A stretch of 63,675 nucleotides of DNA, filler included, from Reticulomyxa filosa (GCA_000512085.1; 20 parts of 20 records of this genome joined end to end with filler, not necessarily neighbours in it), one strand, 5' to 3'. Counted from the whole stretch's first letter, positions 1 to 13,009 are shown. Translations and numbers: made by a program. The notes: a model not told the origin generated them from the letters alone.

Positions 1-35
<35 letters not shown>

Positions 36-323
36 GAACTGTATTTATCGAATCGAGACATGGACCACGATGTTTTGTATTTATGGACAGAGTATATATT
101 GAAAGAAAAACAAAATTTGTTGAAAGTGAATGAGTTTGAGTTTTTAAACGGTTGGTGGAGGTTTGGACCATTGCCCTCCATTCAAGACCGCTCACGAATC
201 CGAAGAGAGTTGATTGAGAAATTCTCTGCTGACAAAGCCAAGGCAGAGTCTATGGACAAACAAGACACCATGCAAGATTCTAATCTTGATTATATTCAAA
301 GTATTTCTAAAGACTCCAAATAA
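36..323 (+). CDS. 3' terminal exon of an unknown protein (5' partial)
   Basis: Open frame follows an A-run+AG acceptor at the contig start and ends in TAA before AT-rich sequence. No recognisable motif. Confidence 0.55.
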   Translation, partial: ELYLSNRDMDHDVLYLWTEYILKEKQNLLKVNEFEFLNGWWRFGPLPSIQDRSRIRRELIEKFSADKAKAESMDKQDTMQDSNLDYIQSISKDSK

Positions 324-980
324 TTTGTAGCTCCGTTTTGATCTTTCTATCTCTCTTCTCTCATGCCTATTTCATTTCAAATTTATAGATTAAAAAAAAA
401 TAAAAATCAACAAAAGTCAACTTAATTTAATCACAAACATAAAAATTCCAACTTGAATTAATTCGTAGAATTTGTTTGGGACTTACTTTCTTGCAATTAT
501 TTGGCAAAATTTAATCAATTCAAAAAAAAAATCAATCAAAATTATACTTTGCCATGTTTACAAATTAAACACAGTCTACATAATTGGCAATGTGTCCCTT
601 TCATTATTACAATTTGTTTTTTGTTTGTTTGTTTGTACAAGAAATTTTTGATTTTATTGTATCTTTATTCTTGTGGCTTGCCTATTAATTATCGTCAATT
701 ATTATCACTACTATTTTCCTTAGACAAAAAGCTTGCACATGTTTTTGTTGTTCGGTGTTTCCCTCACAATGTTTACAATAACCTCTCTGTAAAAAATGGG
801 TTCCTTCGTGATGTGAATTAGAATGAAGAGAGTCAATATGTTACGAAAAAGAAGTGTTCAATCTCTTTTTCCATTAATTCCTCCCTCCCCCCCCGCTTGA
901 AAGTTTAACTTAAAAAAAAAAGAACCACACAATACACACTATACTTCACTGCAAAATTTTTTTTTAAAAAAAAGAAAAAT

Positions 981-2036
981 TTAGACATTGGGGGAATGAA
1001 GGGCAGCAGAATCAATATTAAAGGCAAAAATACGATGATTCAAGTGGCCTCCGTTAATAAAATAATAGAGTCGTGAGCAAGGCAAGCAGCAGCGGTCATA
1101 CAAAGAATCTCCAAATTTGAACAGACAAAAGACACAGATACTATGAATCGAACATTCAATAGGCAAAAAGAAACTGAGGTCGTACCACAACAAAGTCCCA
1201 ATCAAAACAAAAGTCAAAGTACTGAATGAGGAGACAAATGTCAAAACAACGGCTCGATTGCAAGCCGAATATAAGTGGGATCCCTTTTCAAAAGAAGCGG
1301 GGTCTTTTAACAGGGGCTCAATCACTTGACGCATTCTTTGCAAGAACAACAGCAACAACACAAAAGTTGTAAATATATCAGACAACGGGAACAATATCCA
1401 CATTATTCGATTCTTTGTTGTCGATTTTGGTGTGCAGAAATAAATATGCCAAGTCTTTGTCATACAATCTCTGACATCAATATTCACCAAATATAGTGAT
1501 TCCATCACAATACTTGCAATCCAAATGTATACTCGAAAAGATATGAGTATACGTTTATTGATGGCATATGCACTTTCTTCAAATACTACCTGCAATCTAT
1601 TAACCAACAATGTATATAAAGTCATCTTGCTTAGTGCATATGCTATAGACGATGCAATATATCCTATTTGACAGTTCTCCATCGTTTTTGCACGATGAAG
1701 AAATGAAAATATCCAGGTCGTTCGCCATGTCCATGCACCAATACAAACCACACAGCTGCTCAATATCGATGTTACACACAATCCATGCATCGACCAAGTC
1801 ATTGATACATCCGAACTTTTGGATCGAAATGCCCTCAACAATCCACCTGCCAGGAACAGATGTAACACTGTTCCAAAGAAGCCACTTACTACCATTGCGA
1901 TAGGTGGCCAAGTAGCCCAGATTGTAACGGGCTGGTCTGAACTAAATGTTTCTTGATGCATGGTAGAAAAAACGTTTTCCAGTTTTTTTTTAAAAAGGTA
2001 CAAGTTAAAGTTATTTGTCAGGTTGGTAACATACAC
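981..2036 (-). CDS. Divergent 7-TM (GPCR-like) membrane protein, intronless
   Basis: 351-aa ORF (probable Met at about 1961) with about 7 hydrophobic segments, an NRLQVVF post-TM3 motif and a Cys-rich segment (LYDRCCLPC) after the last helix. Confidence 0.75.
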   Translation of the reverse strand: MYVTNLTNNFNLYLFKKKLENVFSTMHQETFSSDQPVTIWATWPPIAMVVSGFFGTVLHLFLAGGLLRAFRSKSSDVSMTWSMHGLCVTSILSSCVVCIGAWTWRTTWIFSFLHRAKTMENCQIGYIASSIAYALSKMTLYTLLVNRLQVVFEESAYAINKRILISFRVYIWIASIVMESLYLVNIDVRDCMTKTWHIYFCTPKSTTKNRIMWILFPLSDIFTTFVLLLLFLQRMRQVIEPLLKDPASFEKGSHLYSACNRAVVLTFVSSFSTLTFVLIGTLLWYDLSFFLPIECSIHSICVFCLFKFGDSLYDRCCLPCSRLYYFINGGHLNHRIFAFNIDSAALHSPNV

Positions 2037-2297
2037 AAGACTGCCAGTTCTTCGTCAATGTTTGATTTTTATCAGCAATTTTTTTCTTTACACATGTCTA
2101 ATTTCGGAAAAAAAAATTGAAATTATTGATTTGCAAAAAGATATCAATGAAACTAATAGCATTTTGTAAAATTGTTTTCTGTTTCGAGTAAAAATTACAT
2201 TTACACATCTATTTTGTGCTAACCTTACAAAACACTTTGTTTGAGATTATCTCACAAGCAGGAAAGTTTTTGGAAAAAATTTGAAGTTACATAGATC

Positions 2298-4030
2298 ATG
2301 ATGTCAACTAAAGTTACAGAGCATAATATTACATCTTATGATTTCCCATTTGTGTGGAAATGTTTATGGAATAGGCAAGTGAAGCAAAGAAACGCGGTAA
2401 TACTTTGTTTCCAGCTAAAGAACATGAAAAGTCAATAAAAGCATACAGTGATGCGATAATATTTGAACCGAGAGGTTCAGATTCACACTTATTTCAGGTA
2501 CAAATCCGTTTGCCATTTAAACAAGGAATAGTGGCTATTCAAAAAAAAAAAGGGGAGAGGAAAAAGGGGAGCCAACGCACTGTCGTAAAGCACACATTTC
2601 GATCAAAAAGTTTGATGCTAAGATAACTATTTAATCTGTTGGGCATATGAACCGAAGTGCTTGCTTTGCTGTGATAAACAAATTCGAAGAAGTGTTGTTA
2701 GACGAGGAAAAGTGTTTGAAGTTGAAGCAAGATTTTCCAAAGTTTTGATTTTTTTGTTATTGTTCTTAAGAAGCTGCACAGAACATGAACACTTAAAAAA
2801 AAAAATTTAAATTCAGGGGTATTCTTGCAAATGATTTGCTTTGTCCAAACTGAACATGTTAGATGAAGCAAAAAAAAGCTTGTCAAGAAGGTTAACATTT
2901 TATGTTATCGTTTGTATGAATTTTTTAAAAAAGTACACCTTTTTTTTTCTTTACTTTTTACATCCACACATTTTAGTTTGTTATACACAAGTGCTTTTTT
3001 TTTTTAATTTGTATCTACTGAAAAATGAACACATTGGCACATATATATTTTTTTTAATTAAAAAAAAGGACTGAGAATTGAACTGAATAATAGCAGTTCG
3101 AAAGAAGTTTTGGAAGAATGCGAAGCAGCACAAATTAGTGGATGTGGTAGTTTGTTTGGACCGGAAATATGGCCAATGATCCATGCAAATCCGAAATTGC
3201 GAGCGTTTGCAGATCCAAAAAGGTGAACATGACGCAACCCAATCATCAAATGGCAATTTAAATAAGATTATTGCAAGATCCAAAAGTTGTTTGATGTTAT
3301 GCTATGCATGAAAATGAGTCACTAAGCAGTTTTTTTTTTTTCAAATCTGTTTTTTTGTTTGTTTTTGACAAACAAAACGTATAAAACAATTTTATGTGTA
3401 ATTAATACGGGTATATGTGCTTGATGGTTATGTGTATATCCATATACATGTATGCTGGATGACGGGCTGTAGTGAGACAATGAGAACATAGCACAAGAAA
3501 CTAAGAAAGAGAAAGCAGACACAAATAATGACCATGGTGACGACAAAGACTGAAAGCGACAAAAAAAAAGAAAATATTCGCAAAACTCATGAATAGTTAG
3601 AACAAGATTGAAGGGAAGTCGAAGAACATAAAAAAGTTGAAAAAGATACATTATGTCAAAAAACCAAAGGAAATATGTTTTTAGCTAAAAAAACTTTGAT
3701 GAAACCATGCAGTGTTATTAAAAGGGATTTGAAATCAACACAAAAAATATTGATTATTTGCTTAACCAAAGTGGTAAGTTGATCCAAGTGTTTTTATTTT
3801 ATAATTGTTCAAAAAAAAAAATGTCATTGATAAGATAGAAAAAATAGAACATATGTACTGTTATGCAAGAAAAGTAGATTGCATGTATTGAAAAATACCA
3901 AGAGATAATTGCATTATGTCGACAATACTTTTGCGACTTGAAATGGACATTTAAGGCCTTCAATCGGATAGTCAGCTTCTAGGAAAATCGATGGAACAAG
4001 GGAAAGCATTACTGGCTGCTGGACAATATG
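2298..4030 (+). pseudogene. STI1/HOP-like TPR co-chaperone pseudogene with introns
   Basis: Exons read ASEAKKRGNTLF..SIKAYSDAI / NRSACFAVINKFEEVLLDEEKCLKLKQDFPK / GYSCK*FALSKL / LFGPEIWPMIHANPKLRAFADPK (TPR1 plus DP1). In-frame stops and indels are present. Confidence 0.7.
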
Positions 4031-4429
4031 TTTATGTTATCTTTTTTTTTATTAACGAATGTTTAGTTATTCATAACATGACATTATCGGTTTTTTTAAT
4101 TTGTTTCATTATATGATGATAGCAAGACAAAGAGTATTGAAAATCTAGATGTTAAATCAGCGATAAATGGTCATGAAGTTTCAAGTTTAAAGTTTTGATC
4201 AAAGTATCATCTTCTGTGATACGCTAGGCAAACCAAAAATTGCTGAAAAAATTTAATTATTGATTGGTGCTGGAGTTTGCGCAAAGTTGTAAAACAATTT
4301 TGTGTAAGTCATGAATGTGCGTAAATCGAAGCTGACATTAATCATTAAAATATCAAATTGATAGTGGAAGTATAATTGTGTGGTCTTACTTTGTAGTATT
4401 AAGATCTGTTTATGTATGTTACATTAATT

Positions 4430-4820
4430 GATGTGTAAATGAATATATTACAAAGAAATTCTAGTTGATGAAATGCTCAAAAAGTATTAATTGGGGTTTG
4501 TAAGATAATGAAAATTGTATATTTCAGCAAGATAATGCTACAAGCAACAAAGATATTACATCAAAAAAAAATTTGAACAAAATTCTATCAAATTATTGAA
4601 TTTCACTATAAATTCTACAGACCTGAACTAAATCGGAATATATGGTGGATAGTGAAAACGAAAGTATTCAAAAATAGACTATTTTGATCAAAAGAAGAAG
4701 TCCGAAACAATTTAATTAAAATGGAAAAAATAACATAGAAACATACACAAACTTAACAAAATCAATACAAAAAAAAATACAAGCAGTATAAAATGCAAAA
4801 ACTAATGAACAAAATGGTAA
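4430..4820 (+). mobile_element. Tc1/mariner transposase remnant
   Basis: CIFQQDNA at about 4517-4540 and NSTDLN at about 4611-4628 match the Tc1 FQQDNA...SPDLNPIE catalytic region. Heavily decayed. Confidence 0.7.
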
Positions 4821-5228
4821 TTTTTATTAAAGACAATCTTATAATGCTTTTGAATTAACTTGACTTAATTGGTATTAGACAAAAAAAAAGCAAAAAAACC
4901 AATAATAAATAAAAACAAAGCAAAAAGTAGTCAAAAATCATCATACTTTCACAATGTACAAACTTTGGAAAATAACATTAAATTATGCAAGAAAAATTTT
5001 TTTATTAATAAAAAATTAAGCTTTCTCAAAAACTACGCAACGTAGAAGACTAATTATTTTTTTACAAATATCTACGTATTGAGACCTTTCTGAAAATGCT
5101 TAAAAAAAAGTTGGCAAGTTTCATGGTTACTACGTAGCACGATTATCAGCTTTTTCTCGAAAATTTTCAAAATCAATAAAATATTCACATTTTTTAAACA
5201 ATTAGGAAAGATGTAATAAAAAACCAAA

Positions 5229-5361
5229 ATGATATTTAAAAAGTACATGATTTGTAGATATTTTTTTAAAAAATTAGGTCTGAATGTTGTTTTTCATGTA
5301 GAAAATCAATCATCTCTATAAGGTGCCGTTTTAGGTATCAACTTTACTTTGCATTCTACTG
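5229..5361 (-). repeat. DNA-transposon terminal repeat copy (CAGTA end, flanked by TA)
   Basis: Close match to 39461-39593 and, in reverse complement, similar to 16445-16597 and 30620-30767. Ends CTACTG|TA. Confidence 0.7.
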
Positions 5362-5576
5362 TACTATGACACTTGATGTGCAAATCAAACATGACTAACT
5401 TCAATTACCAATTTACCTTTTTTTAAATTATAGCTAGTCATAAGACAATATTGCAATTCATCAATATTTTGAAAAAATATTAAATTTCAGTTTCGAATCA
5501 CTTTCATTATATTTAAGCAAAATAAATGATTTCTTTATAAAAAATGCAAATTTTTATCAATTTTCGCATAAATTCT

Positions 5577-5676
5577 NNNNNNNNNNNNNNNNNNNNNNNN
5601 NNNNNNNNNNNNNNNNNNNNTTAATTAATTAANNNNNNNNNNNNNNNNNNNNNNNNNNNNNNNNNNNNNNNNNNNN
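5577..5676. other. Artificial contig spacer N44-TTAATTAATTAA-N44 (first of 19; others start at 7242, 8438, 11611, 12910, 15244, 16598, 24273, 25521, 27750, 30768, 32507, 33875, 37648, 39361, 41266, 44697, 46514, 60208)
   Basis: Identical 100-nt unit whose core gives stop codons in all six frames. Confidence 0.98.
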
Positions 5677-5699
5677 AGTGACGTAGCCATATTTGAACG

Positions 5700-6060
5700 C
5701 GCATTTTGAAGAGGACTACAAGTGATAGACACAAAGGAAAAGTGATATTTATTGGCAAAGTCAAGTTTTCGCCTGAAGAAATGGCAGGCGGGATCCAAAT
5801 GGACATAACAGCAACATGTGCGTGATGTGTGGGAAAAAATACTTTGACACTCCGAAAGAATATGAAAAGAGGGTCCAAAAATAAAAAGTCGCGTCAATAC
5901 ACGGATCGATTCACTTTTTTTAATGGCAAAGCAGACCGTTCAACTGCAATTTGATCCACTTGTTTATCCAAAAAAATTGGCATTACAATGATCACGACGG
6001 TACTGTGAATAACAAGAGATACTTTGTTCGACCAGAAAGCATAAAGATGACAAGAAGTAG
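5700..6060 (+). pseudogene. CAP-Gly domain protein remnant (two decayed domains)
   Basis: HKGKVIFIGKVKFSPEEMAGGIQMD..YFD and WHYNDHDGTVNNKRYFVRP resemble the CAP-Gly GKNDGSV..RYF signature. Stops and frameshifts are present. Confidence 0.6.
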
Positions 6061-6899
6061 TTCAAATGTAACGTAAGATCGACAATGTCAAGAGAATACT
6101 TTGCCAAATTGAAATATTCGAAACGATTTCCAAAAGAGACAACAGATGCAATAATTGAAAATAAAGGAGTTGGAATAAATCAGAAGCAAGAAGAAAGCCC
6201 AAAGAAACACCAAAACTTGTTGAAAATGTTTAAAAAATTTTCTTGTCATGTTATTGTCAACATTTTATCATGTTTAGTACAATTAACTCCATAAAAGCTC
6301 CAACGTTTTCTCCATGTAACTGTTAATTTATAATTCGAGTGCAAATCATTTCACATAACAAAAAAAAGAAATAAACAATTACGTGCAAAAAAAAACAAGC
6401 GCTTTCAGAGGATGTGGATTGACAAACATAAGTATCTGAGTACGTTTCCTTAAAAAAGGACGATTTGCCATTGATATCCATTGAAACATATACTGCCACC
6501 TAAGAACACATTCATTTCATGATGACCGATCAATTTGCAAATTATTTGCAACATCCTTACGACATGCTTATGAAAAGATTTACAGCAACGAGTTGCTCAA
6601 TCGAACACTTTCTCAAAAGTATGCAAATCTTTGCTATGTTGTCATCACAGCGTATTACATCTTTTGCTTTGCTTGAATGACTAAGATGTAAAAGAGACCA
6701 GCACATTGGATAAGTGAATATTATTGCTATTTGAATACACATATCAGATCATATCGTTACTGTAATCGAAATATAGTTTGATGCCTACATTTGAATGTAA
6801 TTTGATCACGATACCACTTTCGCCATACTTTTGATTCTTTTTTCACTTAAATAGATATTTTGGGAAATATCTTTTTATCACATATATTCCTTCTTATGT

Positions 6900-7120
6900 G
6901 AGCATTATTCTTACCATTGCTCACACACAATATACAATAATTTAGATGTTTTGATGTCTCATAAACGAACATTATTGTTATGTGAGGCGAACATAAATAT
7001 CGGTCATTATTAAATGTTGATCATTTAATTCCAACAACACTACTAGTATTAATTGAATTGATGAAATTTGTGATTACTTTCAATATTCCAAACACAAATG
7101 ATTTTATTATCACGACTGTC
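6900..7120 (-). pseudogene. WD40-repeat remnant
   Basis: DNKIICVWNIES and SASHNNNVRL*DIKTSKLL resemble WD-repeat ends. Confidence 0.45.
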
Positions 7121-7559
7121 ATTGTCATCATTGTTGATCTCTCTTCATTTGTTTCTTATTTCTATACTTTTTAGTTTTCTTTTTCCTTGTCTTATTTCCA
7201 TCATCTTCTTTTTTTGGGATTTCCTATTTTTGTTCTCATTGNNNNNNNNNNNNNNNNNNNNNNNNNNNNNNNNNNNNNNNNNNNNTTAATTAATTAANNN
7301 NNNNNNNNNNNNNNNNNNNNNNNNNNNNNNNNNNNNNNNNNTTCTCTCGATGTTATGGCTCCAATTTGGTGGATGAGTTTTGTAAAACTCAAGTCAAGGT
7401 CATCGGCGAACAAGAAGAGGATGATGATGATAAAGAATGTTCCAAGGCCATACTATCGTTGAATTTGTTTTAAAAAGAAAAAAAAAAGAATCGCTGTTAC
7501 TTTAGTTATTGCTCTTTACACACATAAATAGCGACTTTGCGCATTTTTAAACATAGAAC

Positions 7560-8420
7560 AATTTCATATAGTGCACCCCCTTCAATGGAAGCTATTGGAT
7601 GGACGTGACAATGTCAAGCGCGGTGCCCGCCATGATGATGATGACGACGACGATCACGAAACGCAGTCCATATTCTCCTCTATTCATTGTCAATTACTTC
7701 AATACATTGGACTGGTGTTGTGTGCACCAATATCTGGATGCCGCTACTGTTGATGTGTGTAGAAGAGAACTAATGTTGTTATGTGCTATTGATTACAAAA
7801 AACAACAACGTCGTGTCAATCAATCGATAATTGGATCGACGACTCAAAAGTCGCTTCATTATTTGGCAAACCAAAACAAAGGTTTAGATATTGACAATGT
7901 ATTGGTGGCGCTGGGCCCTGCTGAATGGATATATTTGGACAATATTTTATATCAGCAGTCGAGCCCCTCTCTCTTATCTCAAAGAAATCGGCATTGTGGA
8001 TACGAACGAATTTCTCGGTTACCAAGAACCGAATCCCTCGAATTCTAAAAGTTGAATGGTCTGCCATTGACAAGACCTGCCACTCAAAAAAAATGGTAGC
8101 TCTAGGGAAAGAGCCTTTCAATGATAATAGCTTCCACCAAGTCATTTCAATTGTCCAAACAATAGAATACTTGACGGAGGCATTATTATTATTGAAATCA
8201 ACGCGCATTCCAACACAACAAACTCAAGGGGCTGTTGTTATTTGGTTGATTTTTGCGCGTCTGTCCTCTTTCCTGTTCCTGGTGCTATCATTCGTTCTTG
8301 GGTCCATTGCTTGAAAAAGTTTTTTTTTATATGTACATATTTAATAAAAAATATCTTTGTAACGTATATTTATTTATATGTGTATGGTATGCGTTGTTTG
8401 AAATTTTTAAATAGATATTT
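7560..8420. repeat. Dispersed repeat or decayed multicopy gene, copy A
   Basis: Homologous in reverse orientation to 12270-12909 (shared GCGCTGGGCCCTGCTGA; GYERISRL vs GYERIVRL). Confidence 0.75.
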
Positions 8421-8537
8421 GAAGGTGTGCAAATGGANNNNNNNNNNNNNNNNNNNNNNNNNNNNNNNNNNNNNNNNNNNNTTAATTAATTAANNNNNNN
8501 NNNNNNNNNNNNNNNNNNNNNNNNNNNNNNNNNNNNN

Positions 8538-8960
8538 TGGATATTTAAAAGCTTCTTGCTACTTCTATCAACAAAACAAACAGAAAAAGGTGCAACGACA
8601 TAAATTTTGTACATCACATTTGCTCAACTGAGGTTTGGAGGCTTGCTGTAAAAGCAAGCGACAGTAACTTTCGAATTCATCTTCAATTCGAGAAGAATCT
8701 TGATGAAAAATTTTAGTGACACCGGTAAATGTCTGATTTATGGCAGCGATTTTGCCCAACATGTGTCTGATATGGCTCACAAAAGAAGACCTTTTTCAGG
8801 TTCAAAAAAGAAAACCCAACAGAAACCTTTACGAAATAGTGAATTTTAAACATTCAATAAATTTTATCTACATTTCTCTTAAGTAATCCTGCGCAGATAC
8901 TCTTTCATACAAACGGTAAAAAATCTTGTGATCATCCTTTAACTGAACAACAAGTTCTTA
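8538..8960 (-). CDS. Fragment of an unknown protein with one GT-AG intron (partial)
   Basis: LVVQLKDDHKIFYRLYERVSAQDYLRE splices in frame to MSSFVSHIRHMLGK. Both ends are unresolved. Confidence 0.4.
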
Positions 8961-9423
8961 CTCTCAACAAAATGATAAATTCATTAGATTAGAAATCAAA
9001 GTCAAATATGTAGCTTCATAAGCACTTACACGTTTTCATATATTTGCATCTGGAACAAACAAAAATGCACTAAAAAATTTACTATTTTTTGTCCAACGAG
9101 ACTTTCCCCCCTGCGCCCCCTTTTGGTGAGTTTTAGTTTTGTTTTTAGCTCCGTTGCCTTATTTTTATGCTTTATTGTACCGTTTTATTGTAGTTTCTTC
9201 CCTTTTTTTATTTCCATTCAACTTTTGTTTATTTTGAACATTAACAAAAGTTGTTTCTCGTTGCGTTGAGAAGTGTTTGCAAAAAAAAGAAGAAAACGCT
9301 TTAATGAATACAATTCTTTTGTCACTATTTAGCATTGCAATCAGTTAACTTACAAGAATTTTTTTGTGTTTTTTTGTTTTTGTATACGCACTTTTTTTAT
9401 CTCAAAAAACTTTTTGGAAGACA

Positions 9424-11610
9424 ATGGTGTTGGGAAAAAAAAATTATAGCTTCCACATAAAAATTGGTTTTTTTTTTTTTAAATAGGTTCTGCAAAGCAA
9501 CTCATAGCAACCGGTTCACAACTAGACACCGATGATGACAACTGGTGGGTAGACTGGTACAACCGATTATCATTCCACAGTTTGACGACTCTTCTTCCAA
9601 CAACTTGCGATTCACAAAGTTAATGAACGGTGTTCGTTTCATGTCCTCAAAAAATTTCAAGGGGTAGCCAAAAAACGTACAATGAAAAAAAAAGAGGATA
9701 ATTTTTTTTTTTTGCCACCAAAATGTTACATGTGTATAAATATAATTTTTTACTAAAAAAAAAAAAAAAATAAAATTTACTAGATACGGACCAAGACCTA
9801 GGATTCAGTTGGGCATTTGTGACGGGGATACGCGACAAATGCCATAATCAACATGATCGAACTGATGAAATTGCTGAATCAGAAAAAGAGATTTGCAGAC
9901 TGGAATCACTGCTGGGAACGAGTGCTGTCGCACAAGGAGCAACAGAAATTTGTGGAAATGTATTTGAACGCTTACAAGGATCGTGTACAAAAAGACAACC
10001 CAGAATTTATGATTAGTGTCGAAAGCAAGTCGCAATACTTGAGAATTCTGTTTGACGTGTTGGGCCGAAATTGGAGCAACAGCAAGGTGATGGCAGACTT
10101 GATTGATCAAATGTTGAACGATTTTGTAATCATGGACGTGGAAAATCTTAACGACAATATTATCAGTCGTTTGAAATCGGAAGAAAAGCACGAGAGTGTT
10201 GCTATGGCCTTCCGCTATATACTGAAATTCATCGACGAGACTGGCACATGGTCGCAGTCGTTGGCAAATTTGTAACGAGAGCCTTTGACTTATTGAAGCA
10301 CTCGCGCACGCAAAAGAAACACGACCTGTTCTATTTCATCGCAAGCGTTGCTTATCATGTTCTTACGTAACGTTTTGCGCGATGACCAATGACGCAACGA
10401 AGAAGACAGGCCAAGGGCTGTATACATCGTCGTTTATCGCTCAATTTATCGACAAGAGCTTGATATATTGAAACCCAGCTATCCAAAGAACAATGACAGA
10501 CGAATGTGGACCGTTGAATGGGAGATCTTTAAGTCTTTTTGCTGTTCGTCGCAAAGGCAGATGAACAGCTCATTCAAAAGTTCCGTCGCGAGGTGGCCAA
10601 CGAGAGAAGACAGCAGCGTTTCGAAGAGAAGAAAGCACGCAAGTTGGCTTTGATTACGGCCAAAGACAAACACGAAAAGAAAAGCGACGACAACAAACAG
10701 GACGAAAGCAAGAAGAAAACAACAGAGGAAAAGAAGCAAATAGACGAAGAGGAAGAGAAAAAGAAACAGAGAAAACCTATGATTGAGTGGTCAAAGTTGC
10801 CATCGTTCACATGGGGGTCCGTGTTTACCAAGTATTTGGGAAGTGGTGTTGTCCTGCTTGAAACAAGTAACCGTGGAAGCGTGCAATTGTGGAGCATAAG
10901 ACGGGAAGCGCAACCGATACAATATTGTTGTTCCGTGAAGAAGCAGTCCGTCGCGAAAACGCTCGCAAGCAAAATGAAAAATCGGCAGTACACCCTTGCT
11001 ATTCAGGACGGACGCTGAATGAGAATGTTGGGCGACAGAACAAGGCATTTGATGCGCGGATATGTTGGAGCAATGGATTTAGGGAGGACACACTGGGTCG
11101 AGGCCAAAGTAAGCAAAACCAGCACACATTGCTCAAGTTCAATTTGGACAAGGGACCTTCCAATGAAATACCGGAAGACAAGTTGGGTTCCAAAATTGAA
11201 GGACTGCTCTTGACGGGAACTCAAATCGTATACAACACAACACCACCTATCGAGAGTCGTTGCGATATCGTTGGTACGAAGTCCCAATTGTCAAACAAGG
11301 CATTCAATATATCTTGCAAGCCTTGAAGAATGTGAATGTGGTGGACAATGAAGGTTTGCGCATAATCGAAAATGACCATTGCGCCATGTTATTGTTGGAG
11401 AAGTTGGTAAGGAAATACCACAGCAAGTATTCGAATTGCACTCGACAACGCTATCCTCGTGCGTTGTTGTGGAAAGAAATTGACACTTTGAAAGAATACC
11501 ACGATGTAATGCTGCATAGCAGACAAGCGCCGCGAGTGCTATGGCGATGGTACCACTACGAACTTATGCATGGAGACGAAAACAAAAGCGCAATTACGAA
11601 GCGAGATGAA
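9424..11610 (+). CDS. Large unknown protein (3' partial) encoded as a chain of overlapping ORFs linked by successive -1 frame breaks
   Basis: GC-richer coding-like DNA. Frames (position mod 3) step 1>0>2>1>0>2>1 from 9853 to 11610, giving a continuous stop-free path that includes a K/E-rich coiled coil. Confidence 0.7.
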
Positions 11611-12269
11611 NNNNNNNNNNNNNNNNNNNNNNNNNNNNNNNNNNNNNNNNNNNNTTAATTAATTAANNNNNNNNNNNNNNNNNNNNNNNNNNNNNNNNNN
11701 NNNNNNNNNNAATGAATATGATTTGATGCGAAAAAAATTAGGTGAGCTGGAGAGACATTGATCTTATTATTTTAAAAAAAGTCAAAAGAAATAACAATTG
11801 AGACAAAAACAATATTTGATGCAAGTATCAAAACTTGCAATTGGGTATGCCACAAACTTGGCATTATTTGACTTCACCGCAACCACCACTTTCAAATGTT
11901 CGATTGACATGTATTGATTCTTTGAAACCTATGTTATATACATGTGTATCCATCATACATGTTTTAAATTTTTTTCAATCATATCATAAAAAAAATATTA
12001 TAACTTGAACATAGGTTGCGCAGCTTACCACCTTCAATCAATCATGAGCACATTACAGTGATTTGGATTTTTGTTTTTCAGATTATACGATATTCAAAGC
12101 ATAATATCGTGATCCATAATCGATGCACTCAATTGCTATTGCCATTACCATTTTTTCTGGGGATTCACTTCAGCACCAATAGTAATATTAACAGCAACAA
12201 CTTGCACACTTCCATTTGCAAACCTTTAAAGATCTATTCAAAAAGTTCAAGCAACACACAACACACATA

Positions 12270-12909
12270 TATAAATAAATAATAAATATACGTTATAAAG
12301 ATGTTTTATACCAAATATGTACACATAATAAAAAACTTTTTCAAGCAATGGACACAAGAACGAATTATAGTGTCAGATCACGGAAAGAGACAGGCGCACA
12401 AATTACCAACAAAATACCATGGACTCTTGTATTGGAATGCTCGCGTTGGTTTCAATGATATGCTTCCCATCAAGTATTCCATTATTTGGAACAATTGAAC
12501 TTGCTTGGGGGAAGCTAGCATCACTGAAAGGCTCTTCCCTAGAGTTACCATTTCTTTGAGTGGTTTTGTCAATGGTAGACCTTTCCACTTTTCGAATTGG
12601 GATGATTCGATTTTTGATAACCGAACAATTCGCTCGTACCCACAGCGACGGCGTCTTTGAGGTGAGAGAGGTGAGATGAGAGAAGATAGAGGGGGCTCCA
12701 CTGCTGACATAAAATATTGTTAAATATCCAATCAGCAGGGCCCAGCGCTACTAATACATTGCAAATATCCAAGCCTTTATTTCATTCGGCAAATAATGGA
12801 GCGATTTTTGAGTCGTCTATCCGTTTATTAATTGGCACGGCCTTGCTTCTTTTTTAATAAATGCACAACAACATTAGCTCTCTTCCGCACACACCAACAG
12901 CAGCGGCAC
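12270..12909. repeat. Dispersed repeat or decayed multicopy gene, copy B
   Basis: Reverse-orientation homolog of 7740-8380. Confidence 0.75.
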
Positions 12910-13009
12910 NNNNNNNNNNNNNNNNNNNNNNNNNNNNNNNNNNNNNNNNNNNNTTAATTAATTAANNNNNNNNNNNNNNNNNNNNNNNNNNNNNNNNNNN
13001 NNNNNNNNN

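Noticed and set aside
501-821. 106-aa ORF and many similar F/L/K-rich short ORFs in the track
   Set aside because: They lie in AT-rich intergenic or intronic sequence, often with non-ATG starts and no motifs.
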